A stretch of DNA of 60,079 bases from Dehalococcoidales bacterium (GTDB taxonomy: Bacteria; Chloroflexota; Dehalococcoidia; Dehalococcoidales; W693): the NCBI GenBank assembly GCA_034431095.1, contig DAOUDM010000011.1, forward strand, positions 1 through 60,079, given 5' to 3'. Shown one piece after another: positions 1 to 9,620 of this stretch. The translations under genes and the position numbers were made by a program. The notes under the pieces were generated by a model, which saw only the letters and a program-made list of their open reading frames with translations, did not search any database and was not told the origin of the DNA. The number at the start of each line of letters is the position of its first letter. Position 1 is the first letter of the stretch.

Positions 1-716
1 CTGGTATTGAGTGAACGGGTAAGGGTCTCCGCCAGGCTGTTGTTGACGATAATTTCGAAGCTGGTTCTGGGACTGCGGAGCAGGTTTTCGCGTATCCGGT
101 CGAAAACGACGACGGTATTATTAACGCTGTAGCCGATGACCGCCAGGATGCCGGTAATAAAAATCAGGTTGACCTCCCAGCCCAGGATACCGCCGAGGAT
201 GGAGAATACCCCCAGCGCCACCAGTGCGTCATGTATCAGGGCAACTATAGCACAGGCGCCATAGCGGAAGGGCTTGGGCATACGACGGAAAGCCCAGGTG
301 ATATATAGCAGTATGCCGATGGTGGCGATGGCTACGGCAATGGCGGCTGTCTGGGCTGTCTGTCTGGCTATAATTGGGTTCACGTTCTCAAAGACGAGCT
401 CTTCGGCCGGGCCGAGGCTTGCCTCCAGGCCTTCTTCGAGCTGTCCCTTCTCGGCGGCGGTCAGTTCCGAGGTACGGATGATGATGTCGCCCTCTCCCGT
501 AATCTGGACAATGGCGTTGTCGTGGCCCAGATTGTCCAGCTCCAGCTTTACCTCGGCAACCGTTACTTCCTGCTCGAAGTTCAGTGTCAGTAGCGAGCCG
601 GAGCTGAACTCAATACCGGCTTTAAGGCCGAAGCTGGCCAGGGAAATAATGCCGATGAGTAGCACTATCCCTGAGATGAGGAAGAAACGGAACCGTTTAC
701 CTATGATATCAAACAT
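1..716 (-). CDS. secF: Protein translocase subunit SecF (3' part runs off the window)
   Basis: Not in the ORF track. Manual translation from ATG at 716 gives MFDIIGKRFRFFLISGIVLLIGIISLASFGLKAGIEFSSGS (SecF N-terminal G(I/L)DF-GG-like motif). Overlaps the secD stop. Confidence 0.93.
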   Translation of the reverse strand, partial: MFDIIGKRFRFFLISGIVLLIGIISLASFGLKAGIEFSSGSLLTLNFEQEVTVAEVKLELDNLGHDNAIVQITGEGDIIIRTSELTAAEKGQLEEGLEASLGPAEELVFENVNPIIARQTAQTAAIAVAIATIGILLYITWAFRRMPKPFRYGACAIVALIHDALVALGVFSILGGILGWEVNLIFITGILAVIGYSVNNTVVVFDRIRENLLRSPRTSFEIIVNNSLAETLTRSLNT

Positions 717-2040
717 CTTTTCTCCTCAGGTAAGGGCTGAATAGCTTGCTTCGCTGAGCCAGGCGGGTGCCGACGAAGAGGCGGAGAAAGGTCCTGGTGA
801 CCACGATGGCGGTGAACATGCTCACGGCGACGCCGATAAACAGGGTCAGGGCAAAGCCCTTTACCGATGCCCCGGCGACGACGCTGGTGCCTACCCAGTA
901 GAGGATGATACAGACGATAAATGTAGTTACGTTCGAGTCCCTGATGGCGGTCCAGGCTCGGTTGAAGCCGGCCTCGGTGGCAGCACCGAGCGTCCGTCCT
1001 TTCTGTAGCTCTTCCTTCATCCGCTCGAAGATGAGCACATTGGCATCTACCGCCATACCTATGGACAGGACAAAACCGCCGATACCGGCCAGGGTGAGGG
1101 TAACCGGTATCAGCTTGAACAGGGCTAATATCAGTGCGCCGTAGAAGATTAAAGCCAGGGAGGCGACGAGCCCGGGCAGGCGGTAGTAGAGGACTATAAA
1201 CAGCATAACCAGCAATATGCCGATCAGCCCCGCCTTGACGCTCAGGTTGACGAAGTCGGCGCCCAGTATCGGCGATATGTTCTGTTCGTAGATGATTTCC
1301 AGCGGCACTGGCAGGCGTCCGGCATTAAGCTGGCTGGATAGCTCGGTAGCCTCGTTCATGCTCAAACCCTCTATCTGCCCCCGGTCGGTAATCACCGCCT
1401 GAATAATAGGGGTAATGGGGTATCCGTCATCTCCTATCAGGGGCTCATCGCCCTCGAATATGCCCAGCGGCTCGCCGATAAGACGGCTGGTAATCTGCTC
1501 CGAAAGCTGGCTGCCCTCCTCGTCCCATTCAAAAATAAGGTATATGTTGCCGAAGTCATCTCTGGTAACAGAGGTGTTTTCCTTGAAGTAGCTCGAGGTC
1601 AGTACCTTTTCCTCTCCGTCTATGGTGCCGGTAGCCGGTATCCATTCCCCCGTGCCGTCTCCGTATTCCACATATTCGCGGAACTCAAGCAAAACGGTGC
1701 GCCCGAGACGCTCCTTCTGGGTATCGGTGATGCTTTCGCCGGGCAGTTCCACCACTATACGGTCTTCACCCAGCGGATTGACCACCGGCTCGGTTACTCC
1801 CAGAGGGTTGATGCGGTTCATAATAACCGCTATCAACCCTTCGATGATTTCCTTCTCCTTGCCCGCCTCCACTGACGACAGGTCAGCCTTATAGACCAAA
1901 TGGAGCCCGCCCTGGAGGTCCAGCCCCAGCAGGATACCCCTGCCGCCCAGCAGCCCTTTATCAACGGGGAGTACCACCAGCATAGCCGGAATGAAGATTA
2001 CCAGTATCAGGGCAACGACCAGCAGGTTCTTTCTATTCAT
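709..2040 (-). CDS. secD: Protein translocase subunit SecD
   Basis: LGLDLQGGLHLVY, RINPLGVTEP, AGRLPVPL and IGMAVDANVLIFERMKEE motifs; directly upstream of secF. Confidence 0.97.
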   Translation of the reverse strand: MNRKNLLVVALILVIFIPAMLVVLPVDKGLLGGRGILLGLDLQGGLHLVYKADLSSVEAGKEKEIIEGLIAVIMNRINPLGVTEPVVNPLGEDRIVVELPGESITDTQKERLGRTVLLEFREYVEYGDGTGEWIPATGTIDGEEKVLTSSYFKENTSVTRDDFGNIYLIFEWDEEGSQLSEQITSRLIGEPLGIFEGDEPLIGDDGYPITPIIQAVITDRGQIEGLSMNEATELSSQLNAGRLPVPLEIIYEQNISPILGADFVNLSVKAGLIGILLVMLFIVLYYRLPGLVASLALIFYGALILALFKLIPVTLTLAGIGGFVLSIGMAVDANVLIFERMKEELQKGRTLGAATEAGFNRAWTAIRDSNVTTFIVCIILYWVGTSVVAGASVKGFALTLFIGVAVSMFTAIVVTRTFLRLFVGTRLAQRSKLFSPYLRRKDV

Positions 2041-2049
2041 ATCTAAAGC

Positions 2050-3621
2050 CTATTTTCTATCGCGGGAGCCGGATTTTCCCCCGGCGAGCAAGCAGTTTAC
2101 ATAAGATAGGGCTTCCTCTCTGGTGGCGATGTCCGCTGACGCCTGCGCTTCGCGCACCGCCTCCAGCAGTTCCCCGATTTTATGCCCCGGGGCAAGGTTA
2201 AAGGTATTCATTATATCATAACCGCTAATAAGTTTGGGTGGTGCCGTTACGCTCTCCTGCTTGTCGTGCTGGGTGAGAATATGCTCTATCAGGGCAGCAT
2301 GCTGGCGCCAGTTGGTCATATCCAGATTGGAGCCCCTGGTAGCCAGATGGTCGGCAAGGCTGAAGAATAGGGCATCGATAGCCGCCTCTCCGGTGTCGCG
2401 GAAGTAGCGGTAGACAGCCCTCCGTGAAGGGAGCTCATCCTGGCAAGTCTGTACCGGGCGGAGGTGATGGCGCACGACGCCTGCCACCAGCTTTGTCTCC
2501 CTGGTGCTGAAGCGCAGCCTTGTCAGGATGTCGGTGGCTATTTCGGCTCCTTCTCTGGCGTGACCGAAAAAGCGTGTCCTGCCCTGGTCATCAATGGTCT
2601 TTGTTTGCGGCTTGGCGATATCGTGTAGCAGTGCCGCCAGCTTGAGCAGCAATCGGCGGGTACTGCCGCTACTGACCTTGCTGTTGAAGTGCCGCTCGAG
2701 CTCTGCCGACCAGGGGACGCAATCCAGAATACCCTTGTCGGCATACTCCCAGTTTCCATGCCTCAACACGAAGTCGACGGCAGCCACTGTCTTAACAGAG
2801 TGGTTGAAGACATCCCACTGGTGCTCTTTGGGCTGATCGATGCCCTTGGTTTGAGCCAGCTCCGGGATGAGCGTTGCCATCAACCCCAGGTCGTCGAGGT
2901 AGAGAAGAAGATGCCCGGTTCCAGGGGGTGTCAGCAATTTGAGCATTTCCTCCCTTACTCGCTCACCGGCGACGTCGGTAATCAGATGGCTGTATTGCCG
3001 CATCAGGGCTTCGGTCTGCTGGCTGATGGTAAAGCCGAGCTCGGCGGCCAAACGCACCCCCCTCAGCAGACGCAGTGCGTCCGATTCGAAGATATTGTTA
3101 TTGGCAGCCTTTATAACCTTGTGGCGGATGTCCGCCAAACCGTTAAACGGGTCTATAAGCTCGGCATCTGTCATGCCCTCGGGAATCCTGTCGAGCCGCA
3201 TAGCCATGGCGTCTATGGTGAAATCACGCCGCTTGAGGTCGTGCTCAATTCCATCTGTAATGGTTGAGAGGTCTATCTGCCATTGAGTAGTGTCCCGGGC
3301 TGCATCCTTCACTATTACCCGGCTTACCCGGTTTGCCTCGTCCAGAGGGACGTGCTTACCGCCGAGAGCAGTTGCTAGCTCGGGGGCGACTTTCAGTGCA
3401 TCGGCGGAGAGGGCGATATCAATATCAGCTGTATCCCTATCCAGTATGGTGTCGCGGATAAAACCACCGACAATATAGCCTTGGATGCCGTGCTTGGTGA
3501 GGAAATCGTTTATTCCGGTTAATAGTTTCAGTACTCCAGGCTTAAGCAGGAGTGCCAAACCCTTCTTACTCTCGGCTATCATCTGGGAATAAACTATACT
3601 CCAAAGGCATATATTTATCAA
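2050..3621 (-). CDS. Class II tRNA nucleotidyltransferase (CCA-adding/poly(A) polymerase family) with HD domain; true start probably ~20 codons downstream of the ORF start
   Basis: VGGFIRD...DIDIA (DxD), RRDFTIDAMA, DALRLLRGVR, ERVREE and LLHDIAK motifs. Confidence 0.9.
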   Translation of the reverse strand: MINICLWSIVYSQMIAESKKGLALLLKPGVLKLLTGINDFLTKHGIQGYIVGGFIRDTILDRDTADIDIALSADALKVAPELATALGGKHVPLDEANRVSRVIVKDAARDTTQWQIDLSTITDGIEHDLKRRDFTIDAMAMRLDRIPEGMTDAELIDPFNGLADIRHKVIKAANNNIFESDALRLLRGVRLAAELGFTISQQTEALMRQYSHLITDVAGERVREEMLKLLTPPGTGHLLLYLDDLGLMATLIPELAQTKGIDQPKEHQWDVFNHSVKTVAAVDFVLRHGNWEYADKGILDCVPWSAELERHFNSKVSSGSTRRLLLKLAALLHDIAKPQTKTIDDQGRTRFFGHAREGAEIATDILTRLRFSTRETKLVAGVVRHHLRPVQTCQDELPSRRAVYRYFRDTGEAAIDALFFSLADHLATRGSNLDMTNWRQHAALIEHILTQHDKQESVTAPPKLISGYDIMNTFNLAPGHKIGELLEAVREAQASADIATREEALSYVNCLLAGGKSGSRDRK

Positions 3622-3777
3622 GGAAGGTATTGAAGGATAAAGTGTCCTCTGGCGGGTAAAGCGATAAGACCACCCGGAAATCTTAAACAGGGCATTTCAT
3701 TACAGACAATGAAGCATCAGCCAGATCAGAGTTTTAAATTGCTTAGCTGGAGTTTTTTAGCCGTATCGGGCTAGCTT

Positions 3778-4170
3778 TCAGGAACCCTCTTTTGCCATAC
3801 CCTTGGCAATGCTCTTCAGCATGGAGAGGATGCCAATAACGGCGTGCTGTATCTCGATTGGCTCCTGGGCTAATACCTTAGAAACGTAAGGGTCCAACCG
3901 GCCACCGCTATAGCTTGGCCTTGCCTCGGCTATATTGTCGCTGTGGGGTGATAGGTAGCCAGCCAGGGTGAACAGCTCGTCCTCTTCGAAGCCCATTGGT
4001 TTGGCGATTTTACGCAGGATACGGGCTGAGGGAAAGCGCTCGCCTCTCTCTATGCGACCCAGATGGGAAGGGGAGACATCTGCCAGGTTAGCTAGCTCCT
4101 GCAGCGTTAGTGGTATGGTGACCCTTTGTTGCCTGATTACTTCGCCTAGACCAGTCCTTGTATTGCTCAT
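3778..4170 (-). CDS. XRE-family HTH transcriptional regulator (cI-like)
   Basis: LTLQELANLADVSPSHLGRIERGERFPS is a classic HTH_3 motif. ATG at 4170 chosen (the track extends to 4191). Confidence 0.9.
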   Translation of the reverse strand: MSNTRTGLGEVIRQQRVTIPLTLQELANLADVSPSHLGRIERGERFPSARILRKIAKPMGFEEDELFTLAGYLSPHSDNIAEARPSYSGGRLDPYVSKVLAQEPIEIQHAVIGILSMLKSIAKGMAKEGS

Positions 4171-4184
4171 AAGATAATTATAAT

Positions 4185-4413
4185 TAGCCAAATGGCAAAA
4201 GTCAATAGGGTATGGACGGAATATTTTTATTGCCTGAAGTCTTATTTTATATCAGGTGTTCTGAAATATAACACTCTATTTGTTATTGTATTATCTAGTA
4301 GGGGATAGCGAAAACTGGGGAGAGTCTCTATATTTGCCAGTTGGCATATATAGAGACAATAGAAGAGATTATTTATATAAAGACTTGACAAATGACAAAA
4401 TATAGGCTATATT
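4185..4413. promoter_or_regulatory. Divergent promoter region with three TTGCCA-N2-TGGCAA-like palindromes and a sigma70 promoter for the + strand XRE gene
   Basis: TAGCCAAATGGCAA at 4185-4198; TTGCCAGTTGGCAT at 4334-4347, inside a 34-bp imperfect palindrome (4324-4357); TTGACAAATGACAA at 4385-4398, overlapping -35 TTGACA (4385), with a 17-bp spacer and -10 TATATT (4408). Confidence 0.6.
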
Positions 4414-4439
4414 AAAGCCGATTGTCATAACGAGGGGGT

Positions 4440-4733
4440 ATGATTATGGCAGAGAATCTAATGGTAAGGACGAAGGTTTTTGACCTCAGTTATCGGGGTT
4501 ACAGGAACCTGTCCGAGCTGGCTAAAGCGATGGGCATATCGGTAAGCCAGATTTACCGGGTAAAAGAGGGCAAGCGACATATCAATCAGAAGTTTATTAT
4601 CGGTGCGGTGAGGGCTTTTCCGGGCTATAGACTGGATGACCTCTTCTATCTTACCCCTGACGAACCGGGTGGCGGCGTTTCCGGCAAGAAGCAGCCGTTA
4701 CCTGGCAATGTAACCTGTTCGGTTTATAAATAA
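4440..4733 (+). CDS. Small XRE-family HTH regulator (Cro-like)
   Basis: LSELAKAMGISVSQIYRVKEGKRHINQKFI HTH motif; divergent from the other XRE gene. Confidence 0.85.
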   Translation: MIMAENLMVRTKVFDLSYRGYRNLSELAKAMGISVSQIYRVKEGKRHINQKFIIGAVRAFPGYRLDDLFYLTPDEPGGGVSGKKQPLPGNVTCSVYK

Positions 4734-4880
4734 CTATATTGGTAATATATCAATGGGGTAGGTGGGTGAAAAAGACGACTATTCGTAAGGATAAAGGTCG
4801 AGGGCAGGTCAAGGCAGTCCCCAATTATGGATTAATCTACCCGATCGACAGAGCCTTAAAGAGATAGCTACTGCCAGTGC

Positions 4881-7307
4881 TCAGACAAGTCCCACCGGGT
4901 CAACATCTATCGTCCAGCCCTGGGGGATGGATATCGGGGATAAAAAGCGGGCAGGCTCTGTGCCGCGGAGTATAATCTGCCAGCGGAACCTGCCTCTGAG
5001 ACGGTGAATAAATGCCGGTGATGGACCAATCAGGCTGATATCGGCGATTCCCTGCGAATCTAATTCGGCGGTCAGCATCTGCTTCATTCTTGCCGCCTCT
5101 TGCTGGCAGGCTGTGTTGTTGGTATGACTGAAAACGAGGCGGACGAGTCGAGAGAAAGGAGGGTTGTGAAGCTGGCGGCGGTAGGCGATTTCTTGCTGGT
5201 AAAAAGAGGCATAATCGTGCTCAACAGCTGCCTGGATAGCATAGTGCTCCGGGCAGTAGCTCTGGATGATGACCCTACCGCCTAAGGCACCCCTCCCAGC
5301 CCGGCCAGCCACCTGGCAGAGCAACTGAAATGTCCTTTCCCCGGCTCGGAAGTCGGGGAGATTGAGGCTGGTATCGGCGCTGACTACCCCGACCAGGGTG
5401 ACCATCGGCATGTCTAATCCTTTGGCTATCATTTGAGTCCCTATCAGGATGTCGGCATCGTGGGCGCGGAACTTGTCCATAATCTCCTGGTGGGAGTGCT
5501 TCCCCCGGGTGGCATCGCTATCCCAGCGCAATAGCCTGGCTTCGGGGAAGGCGATAGCGGCTTCCTGCTCCAGCTTCTGGGTGCCGATACCCAGAAACTT
5601 CATCCGTTTGCTGGAGCACCTGGGGCAAATCTTGGGCACCCCTGTCCGGTAGTTGCACTGGTGACAGGTCACTATGTTTTCGGCCGGGTGGTAGCTCAGG
5701 GAGACCTGGCAGCGCCGGCAGTTCAGGGCAAGACCGCAGTGGCGACACTGGATGAAGGAAGCCGCCCCCCGCCGGTTTAAAAACAGAATCACCTGCTCCC
5801 CGTTGGTAACCGCCTGGTTTATCGCCTGTTTGAGGCAACGGCTGAAGACACCGCTGTTCCCGGCTTTAAGCTCTTCCCTTAAATCAACCATTGTAACCTC
5901 CGGCAGAGCCGATCCCCTGTGCGGGGTAAGCCGTTCGGGGAGCCGGAGGAGGCGATAATCTTCTCTCTGGGCGTGATAGAGGGTCTCGACATCGGGGGTG
6001 GCACTGCCCAGGATAGCCACGGCTCCGGTCAGCTCGGCTAGCTTTATGGCGGCACTGCGGGCGTGGTAGCGGGGCGATGTATCCTGCTTGTAAGCCCACT
6101 CGTGCTCCTCGTCGATGACTATCAAGCCTAGCTTGGGTTGCGGGGCGAAGATAGCGCTCCGGGCGCCGATGACGACATCTAGTTGTCCGTCTCTTATCTG
6201 CCGCCACTGGTCGAACTGCTCCCCCAGGGAGAGTCTGCTGTGAAATACCGCCACCTTTTTAGGGAAGCGGGCGGCGAAGCGCTCTATGGTCTGGGGGGCG
6301 AGGGCAATCTCCGGCACCAGCACGATACCTCTTTTGCCCAGCCTTACCGCCTCGGCTAGAGCCTGCAGGTAGACCTCTGTCTTGCCACTGCCGGTAACCC
6401 CGTGGAGCAGGAATACGGACGATTTATTCTGTGCCAGGCTTTCCTTGATGGATTTAAGGGCTGATTTCTGGGCGGCGCTCAGGCTGGGTGGTGGTGATGG
6501 GGGGATGTCCCGGGAAATGAATGGCTGACGCTTTACTTCAATAAACTGAACCTGGATTAACCCCTTCTTTACCAGAGACCTGATGGTATCTGATTGGCAG
6601 CCGGTCTTGCTTCTGGCTTCGGCTACTGGCACCGGCTGAGACTGGTGCGCTAGAAAGTCGATGAGAGCCGCCTGTTTGAGCGCCCTTTTCTTGAGCAGTC
6701 CGGCTATTTCCTGCCGCGCCTCGCCGGCATCGATTGCCAGAACTAGGCAGGGCTCTTCTTTGGGCTTTACCCTGACCGGCTCCAGCTCGTAGCTTCTGAC
6801 CGCCAGACCCGACGCCACCAGTTGTGAGACGGCGGTCTGGGCTTTCTTTTTCCCCAGTATCTTTTCCAGTTGCCTGAGAGCCACCCTGCCCTGTCTCTGC
6901 GCCAGTTCAATAACCTGTCTTTGGGCCGGGGAGAGAGAAGACAGCTCACATTTGTCGGCGGCGGCTGAAGCCGAGACGAAGGTTAGCGTTTTACGCTCGA
7001 AGCCCGGCGGTAGCATCAGGGCTACGGCATCGAACAGCGGGCAGAGGTAGTAGTCGCTGAGCCAGCGTGCCAGCTTGACATAGGCTGGAGAGAGCAGTGG
7101 CCGGGACTCGATGACGCCGGCTATGTCCTTGGTTTCCTCGACCGAGGGGTAGCGGCTTATCTGCAGGACTATGCCCTGAAGGACCTTATCGCCGAAGGGG
7201 ACCCATACCGCCTGCCCGATGTCGATATTCAGGTTATCGGGGATAGCGTAGCTGAACATCCGGCGCCGGGCTGCCGGCGAATTGACACTGACCTCAGCAT
7301 AGAGCAA
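4881..7307 (-). CDS. priA: Primosomal protein N' (replication restart helicase)
   Basis: LLHGVTGSGKTEVY, IDEEHE, Cys-rich Zn-binding region, GTQMIAKGLD, QVAGRAGR. Confidence 0.98.
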   Translation of the reverse strand: MLYAEVSVNSPAARRRMFSYAIPDNLNIDIGQAVWVPFGDKVLQGIVLQISRYPSVEETKDIAGVIESRPLLSPAYVKLARWLSDYYLCPLFDAVALMLPPGFERKTLTFVSASAAADKCELSSLSPAQRQVIELAQRQGRVALRQLEKILGKKKAQTAVSQLVASGLAVRSYELEPVRVKPKEEPCLVLAIDAGEARQEIAGLLKKRALKQAALIDFLAHQSQPVPVAEARSKTGCQSDTIRSLVKKGLIQVQFIEVKRQPFISRDIPPSPPPSLSAAQKSALKSIKESLAQNKSSVFLLHGVTGSGKTEVYLQALAEAVRLGKRGIVLVPEIALAPQTIERFAARFPKKVAVFHSRLSLGEQFDQWRQIRDGQLDVVIGARSAIFAPQPKLGLIVIDEEHEWAYKQDTSPRYHARSAAIKLAELTGAVAILGSATPDVETLYHAQREDYRLLRLPERLTPHRGSALPEVTMVDLREELKAGNSGVFSRCLKQAINQAVTNGEQVILFLNRRGAASFIQCRHCGLALNCRRCQVSLSYHPAENIVTCHQCNYRTGVPKICPRCSSKRMKFLGIGTQKLEQEAAIAFPEARLLRWDSDATRGKHSHQEIMDKFRAHDADILIGTQMIAKGLDMPMVTLVGVVSADTSLNLPDFRAGERTFQLLCQVAGRAGRGALGGRVIIQSYCPEHYAIQAAVEHDYASFYQQEIAYRRQLHNPPFSRLVRLVFSHTNNTACQQEAARMKQMLTAELDSQGIADISLIGPSPAFIHRLRGRFRWQIILRGTEPARFLSPISIPQGWTIDVDPVGLV

Positions 7308-7330
7308 CGGCTCGCTCCCGATAGACGGCT

Positions 7331-7738
7331 CTAGGGCTCTTGTGGCTGGCTATCTTCTTCTGGCTCGGTGGGTGCAGGTTCTGCTTTGCTCTTTTTAACC
7401 ACTCGCTTCTCCTTGATACGAGCCGCCTTGCCGCTCAAGCCGCGCAGGTAGTAGAGCCTGGCGCGGCGGACCTTGCCGTGACGTATTACTTCCACCTTAG
7501 CCACCAGAGGCGACAGCAGGGGGAAGGTGCGTTCGACGCCAATGCCGTGGGCAATCCGCCTGACGGTGAAACTGCCGCCGTCGCCGCCGCGGCGGAGCTT
7601 GATTACTATCCCCTGGAATAACTGGATGCGTTCCTTTTCCCCCTCAACGATCTTGGTACTGACTTTCACCGTGTCACCGGGGGATATGGTGGGGATATCG
7701 GGGTTGGCTTTTGTTTCAATGAGTGACGCTACATCCAT
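7331..7738 (-). CDS. rplS: 50S ribosomal protein L19 (start likely at MDVASL; track extends to 7786)
   Basis: PGDTVKV...[41 protein letters not shown]. Confidence 0.97.
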   Translation of the reverse strand: MDVASLIETKANPDIPTISPGDTVKVSTKIVEGEKERIQLFQGIVIKLRRGGDGGSFTVRRIAHGIGVERTFPLLSPLVAKVEVIRHGKVRRARLYYLRGLSGKAARIKEKRVVKKSKAEPAPTEPEEDSQPQEP

Positions 7739-7860
7739 CGATAAAACTCCTAGTATAAGTAAAGCATTTTCCGGATTATTTATCAAGTTTTACGATAAAG
7801 TTCTAATCTGGTTGTAAACAACCTATCCTAAAACCTTCTCCCTCTCCTAGTATATGTATG

Positions 7861-7990
7861 CAGGGGGAGTTTAAGAGGAGCGAAACCTTTATAAATACAG
7901 GCGGGAGGTTTGGAGGGACGCAGTCCCTCCATTATAATCTTCCCCCTCTCCTTGTAAGGAGAGGGGGATTCAGGGGGTGAGGTTGTTCTG
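7861..7990. repeat. REP-like palindromic intergenic element, copy 1 (second copy at ~47221-47310, inverted)
   Basis: CCCCCTCTCCTTGTAAGGAGAGGGGG (7942-7967) is identical to 47246-47271. The flank GGGGG(T/A)GAGGTTGTTCTG and a GTTTAAGAGG-hairpin motif are also shared in inverted orientation. Confidence 0.75.
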
Positions 7991-8228
7991 CCAAAAAGAT
8001 ACGTTGGTAATCTTAACCACCACTCTTCCCCACTTATTATTTAACTCTTAACATCCCACCCTGCCCGCCCTCGGCAGGTCTTTATCCAGCATCGGAGGGA
8101 TTATCTATCTCTTTTATCTATTCCCGCTCGCCGCCCTTTAAGGAAGAGATAAAGGGGGTGAGGTAGTCCTCAACTAAAAGAGAACGAAACCGGTTTTACG
8201 GATATGGACGGTCATTAACGGGTGGTAT

Positions 8229-8993
8229 CTAATCTGCCATCGTGTCCTTACTTGGCGGAGCATCTTTCAACTGGTCTATTAGCCTGATTTCTTCCGGGCT
8301 CAGGCTGGATTTATCGAGCAGTTCCGGGCGGCGCTCGAAGGTTCTGATGATAGCTTGCTGACGGCGCCACCGGGCAATCTGGGCGTGGTTGCCGGAGAGC
8401 AGGACTTCGGGTACCGACCACCCCCGGTATACCGCCGGGCGGGTGTATTGAGGATACTCCAGAAGCCCGTTGCTGTGGGAATCGTCCTCGGGCGAGTCCT
8501 GTGAGCCGAGGACCCCGGGTATTAGTCTAGTTATGGTGTCTATGACCACCATAGCCGCCAGCTCGCCGCCGGTGAGGACGTAATCACCGATGCTGATTTC
8601 GTCGGTGACCAGGTGCTGGCGTACCCGTTCGTCAACCCCCTCGTAGTGGCCGCAGATAAGAATCAGGTGGCCGTGCCGTGATAGCCTCCGGGCGGCAGCC
8701 TGGGAGAAGAGACTGCCCTGCGGGGTGAGCAGGATAACAGGCACCCTCTCCTGGGGATTCGCCTCCTCCTTTATGGCTTCAACCGCCTCGAAGATGGGCT
8801 CCGGCTTTAACAACATACCGGCGCCGCCACCATAGGGGTAGTCATCGACGATATGGTGTTTGTCATGGGTGTAGTCGCGGATATTATAGATATTGACGCT
8901 GAACAAGCCCTGGCTGGTAGCCCGTTGAAAGATACCGGTGCTGTTCAGCATGTCAAACATCTGGGGGAATAGGGTTAAAACGTCGATACGCAT
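8229..8993 (-). CDS. trmD: tRNA (guanine-N1)-methyltransferase
   Basis: [52 protein letters not shown]. Confidence 0.98.
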   Translation of the reverse strand: MRIDVLTLFPQMFDMLNSTGIFQRATSQGLFSVNIYNIRDYTHDKHHIVDDYPYGGGAGMLLKPEPIFEAVEAIKEEANPQERVPVILLTPQGSLFSQAAARRLSRHGHLILICGHYEGVDERVRQHLVTDEISIGDYVLTGGELAAMVVIDTITRLIPGVLGSQDSPEDDSHSNGLLEYPQYTRPAVYRGWSVPEVLLSGNHAQIARWRRQQAIIRTFERRPELLDKSSLSPEEIRLIDQLKDAPPSKDTMAD

Positions 8994-9126
8994 TTGTTCT
9001 CGCCTGCTACCCTGGGCTTGCCGACTCGACTACACTGGCTATGCGGCTGGCAGAAACAGGTACTATTTTACCATAACCGGGGCGTATAGAAAAACGGCAC
9101 CGGGTAAAAAAATACTTGCAAAAGTA

Positions 9127-9182
9127 TTGACAAATGGAGGGGGAAGTGTAGTAGAATGGTAGATGTTGGGAGAAAGTGGGAG
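9127..9182 (+). promoter_or_regulatory. mraZ operon promoter with ~10-bp-periodic MraZ-type direct repeats
   Basis: TTGACA at 9127 and TAGAAT at 9152 (long 19-bp spacer). TGGAG, TGTAG, TGGTAG, TGGGAG (9167) and TGGGAG (9177) recur at about one helical turn, like known MraZ operators. Confidence 0.55.
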
Positions 9183-9194
9183 ATAAGGGAAGCC

Positions 9195-9620
9195 ATGTAT
9201 TTCGGTGAATTTGAATATAAAGTTGATGAGAAGGGCAGGATTCCATTACCACCCCGGTTCCGGACTCACCTGAGAGACGGGGTGGTATTGACCCCAGGAG
9301 TGGAGAAGTGCATCACCGCCTATCCTATATCGGAATGGAAAAAGCTAGCGGACAACCTTACCGGCGGCCCACTGGCAAGAAGCAAGTTAAGGCAGTTGAA
9401 CCGGGCCCTTTTTGCCACCGCTTTCTACCTCAGTATTGACGGGCAGGGAAGGATTAACCTCCCGCCGCCACTGCGAGAACACGCCGAGATTGTGGATGAA
9501 GTGGTTGTCGCCGGGGCTAATAACTATCTTGAAATATGGAACAAGGTGCACTGGGAAGATGAGAAGGCTGTCAGCCAGGAGCAAGCCTGGCAAATAATTG
9601 AGAGCCTGGAGAACCGTTAA
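9195..9620 (+). CDS. mraZ: Division/cell wall cluster transcriptional repressor MraZ
   Basis: [19 protein letters not shown] and second repeat DGQGRINLP; first gene of the dcw cluster. Confidence 0.97.
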   Translation: MYFGEFEYKVDEKGRIPLPPRFRTHLRDGVVLTPGVEKCITAYPISEWKKLADNLTGGPLARSKLRQLNRALFATAFYLSIDGQGRINLPPPLREHAEIVDEVVVAGANNYLEIWNKVHWEDEKAVSQEQAWQIIESLENR

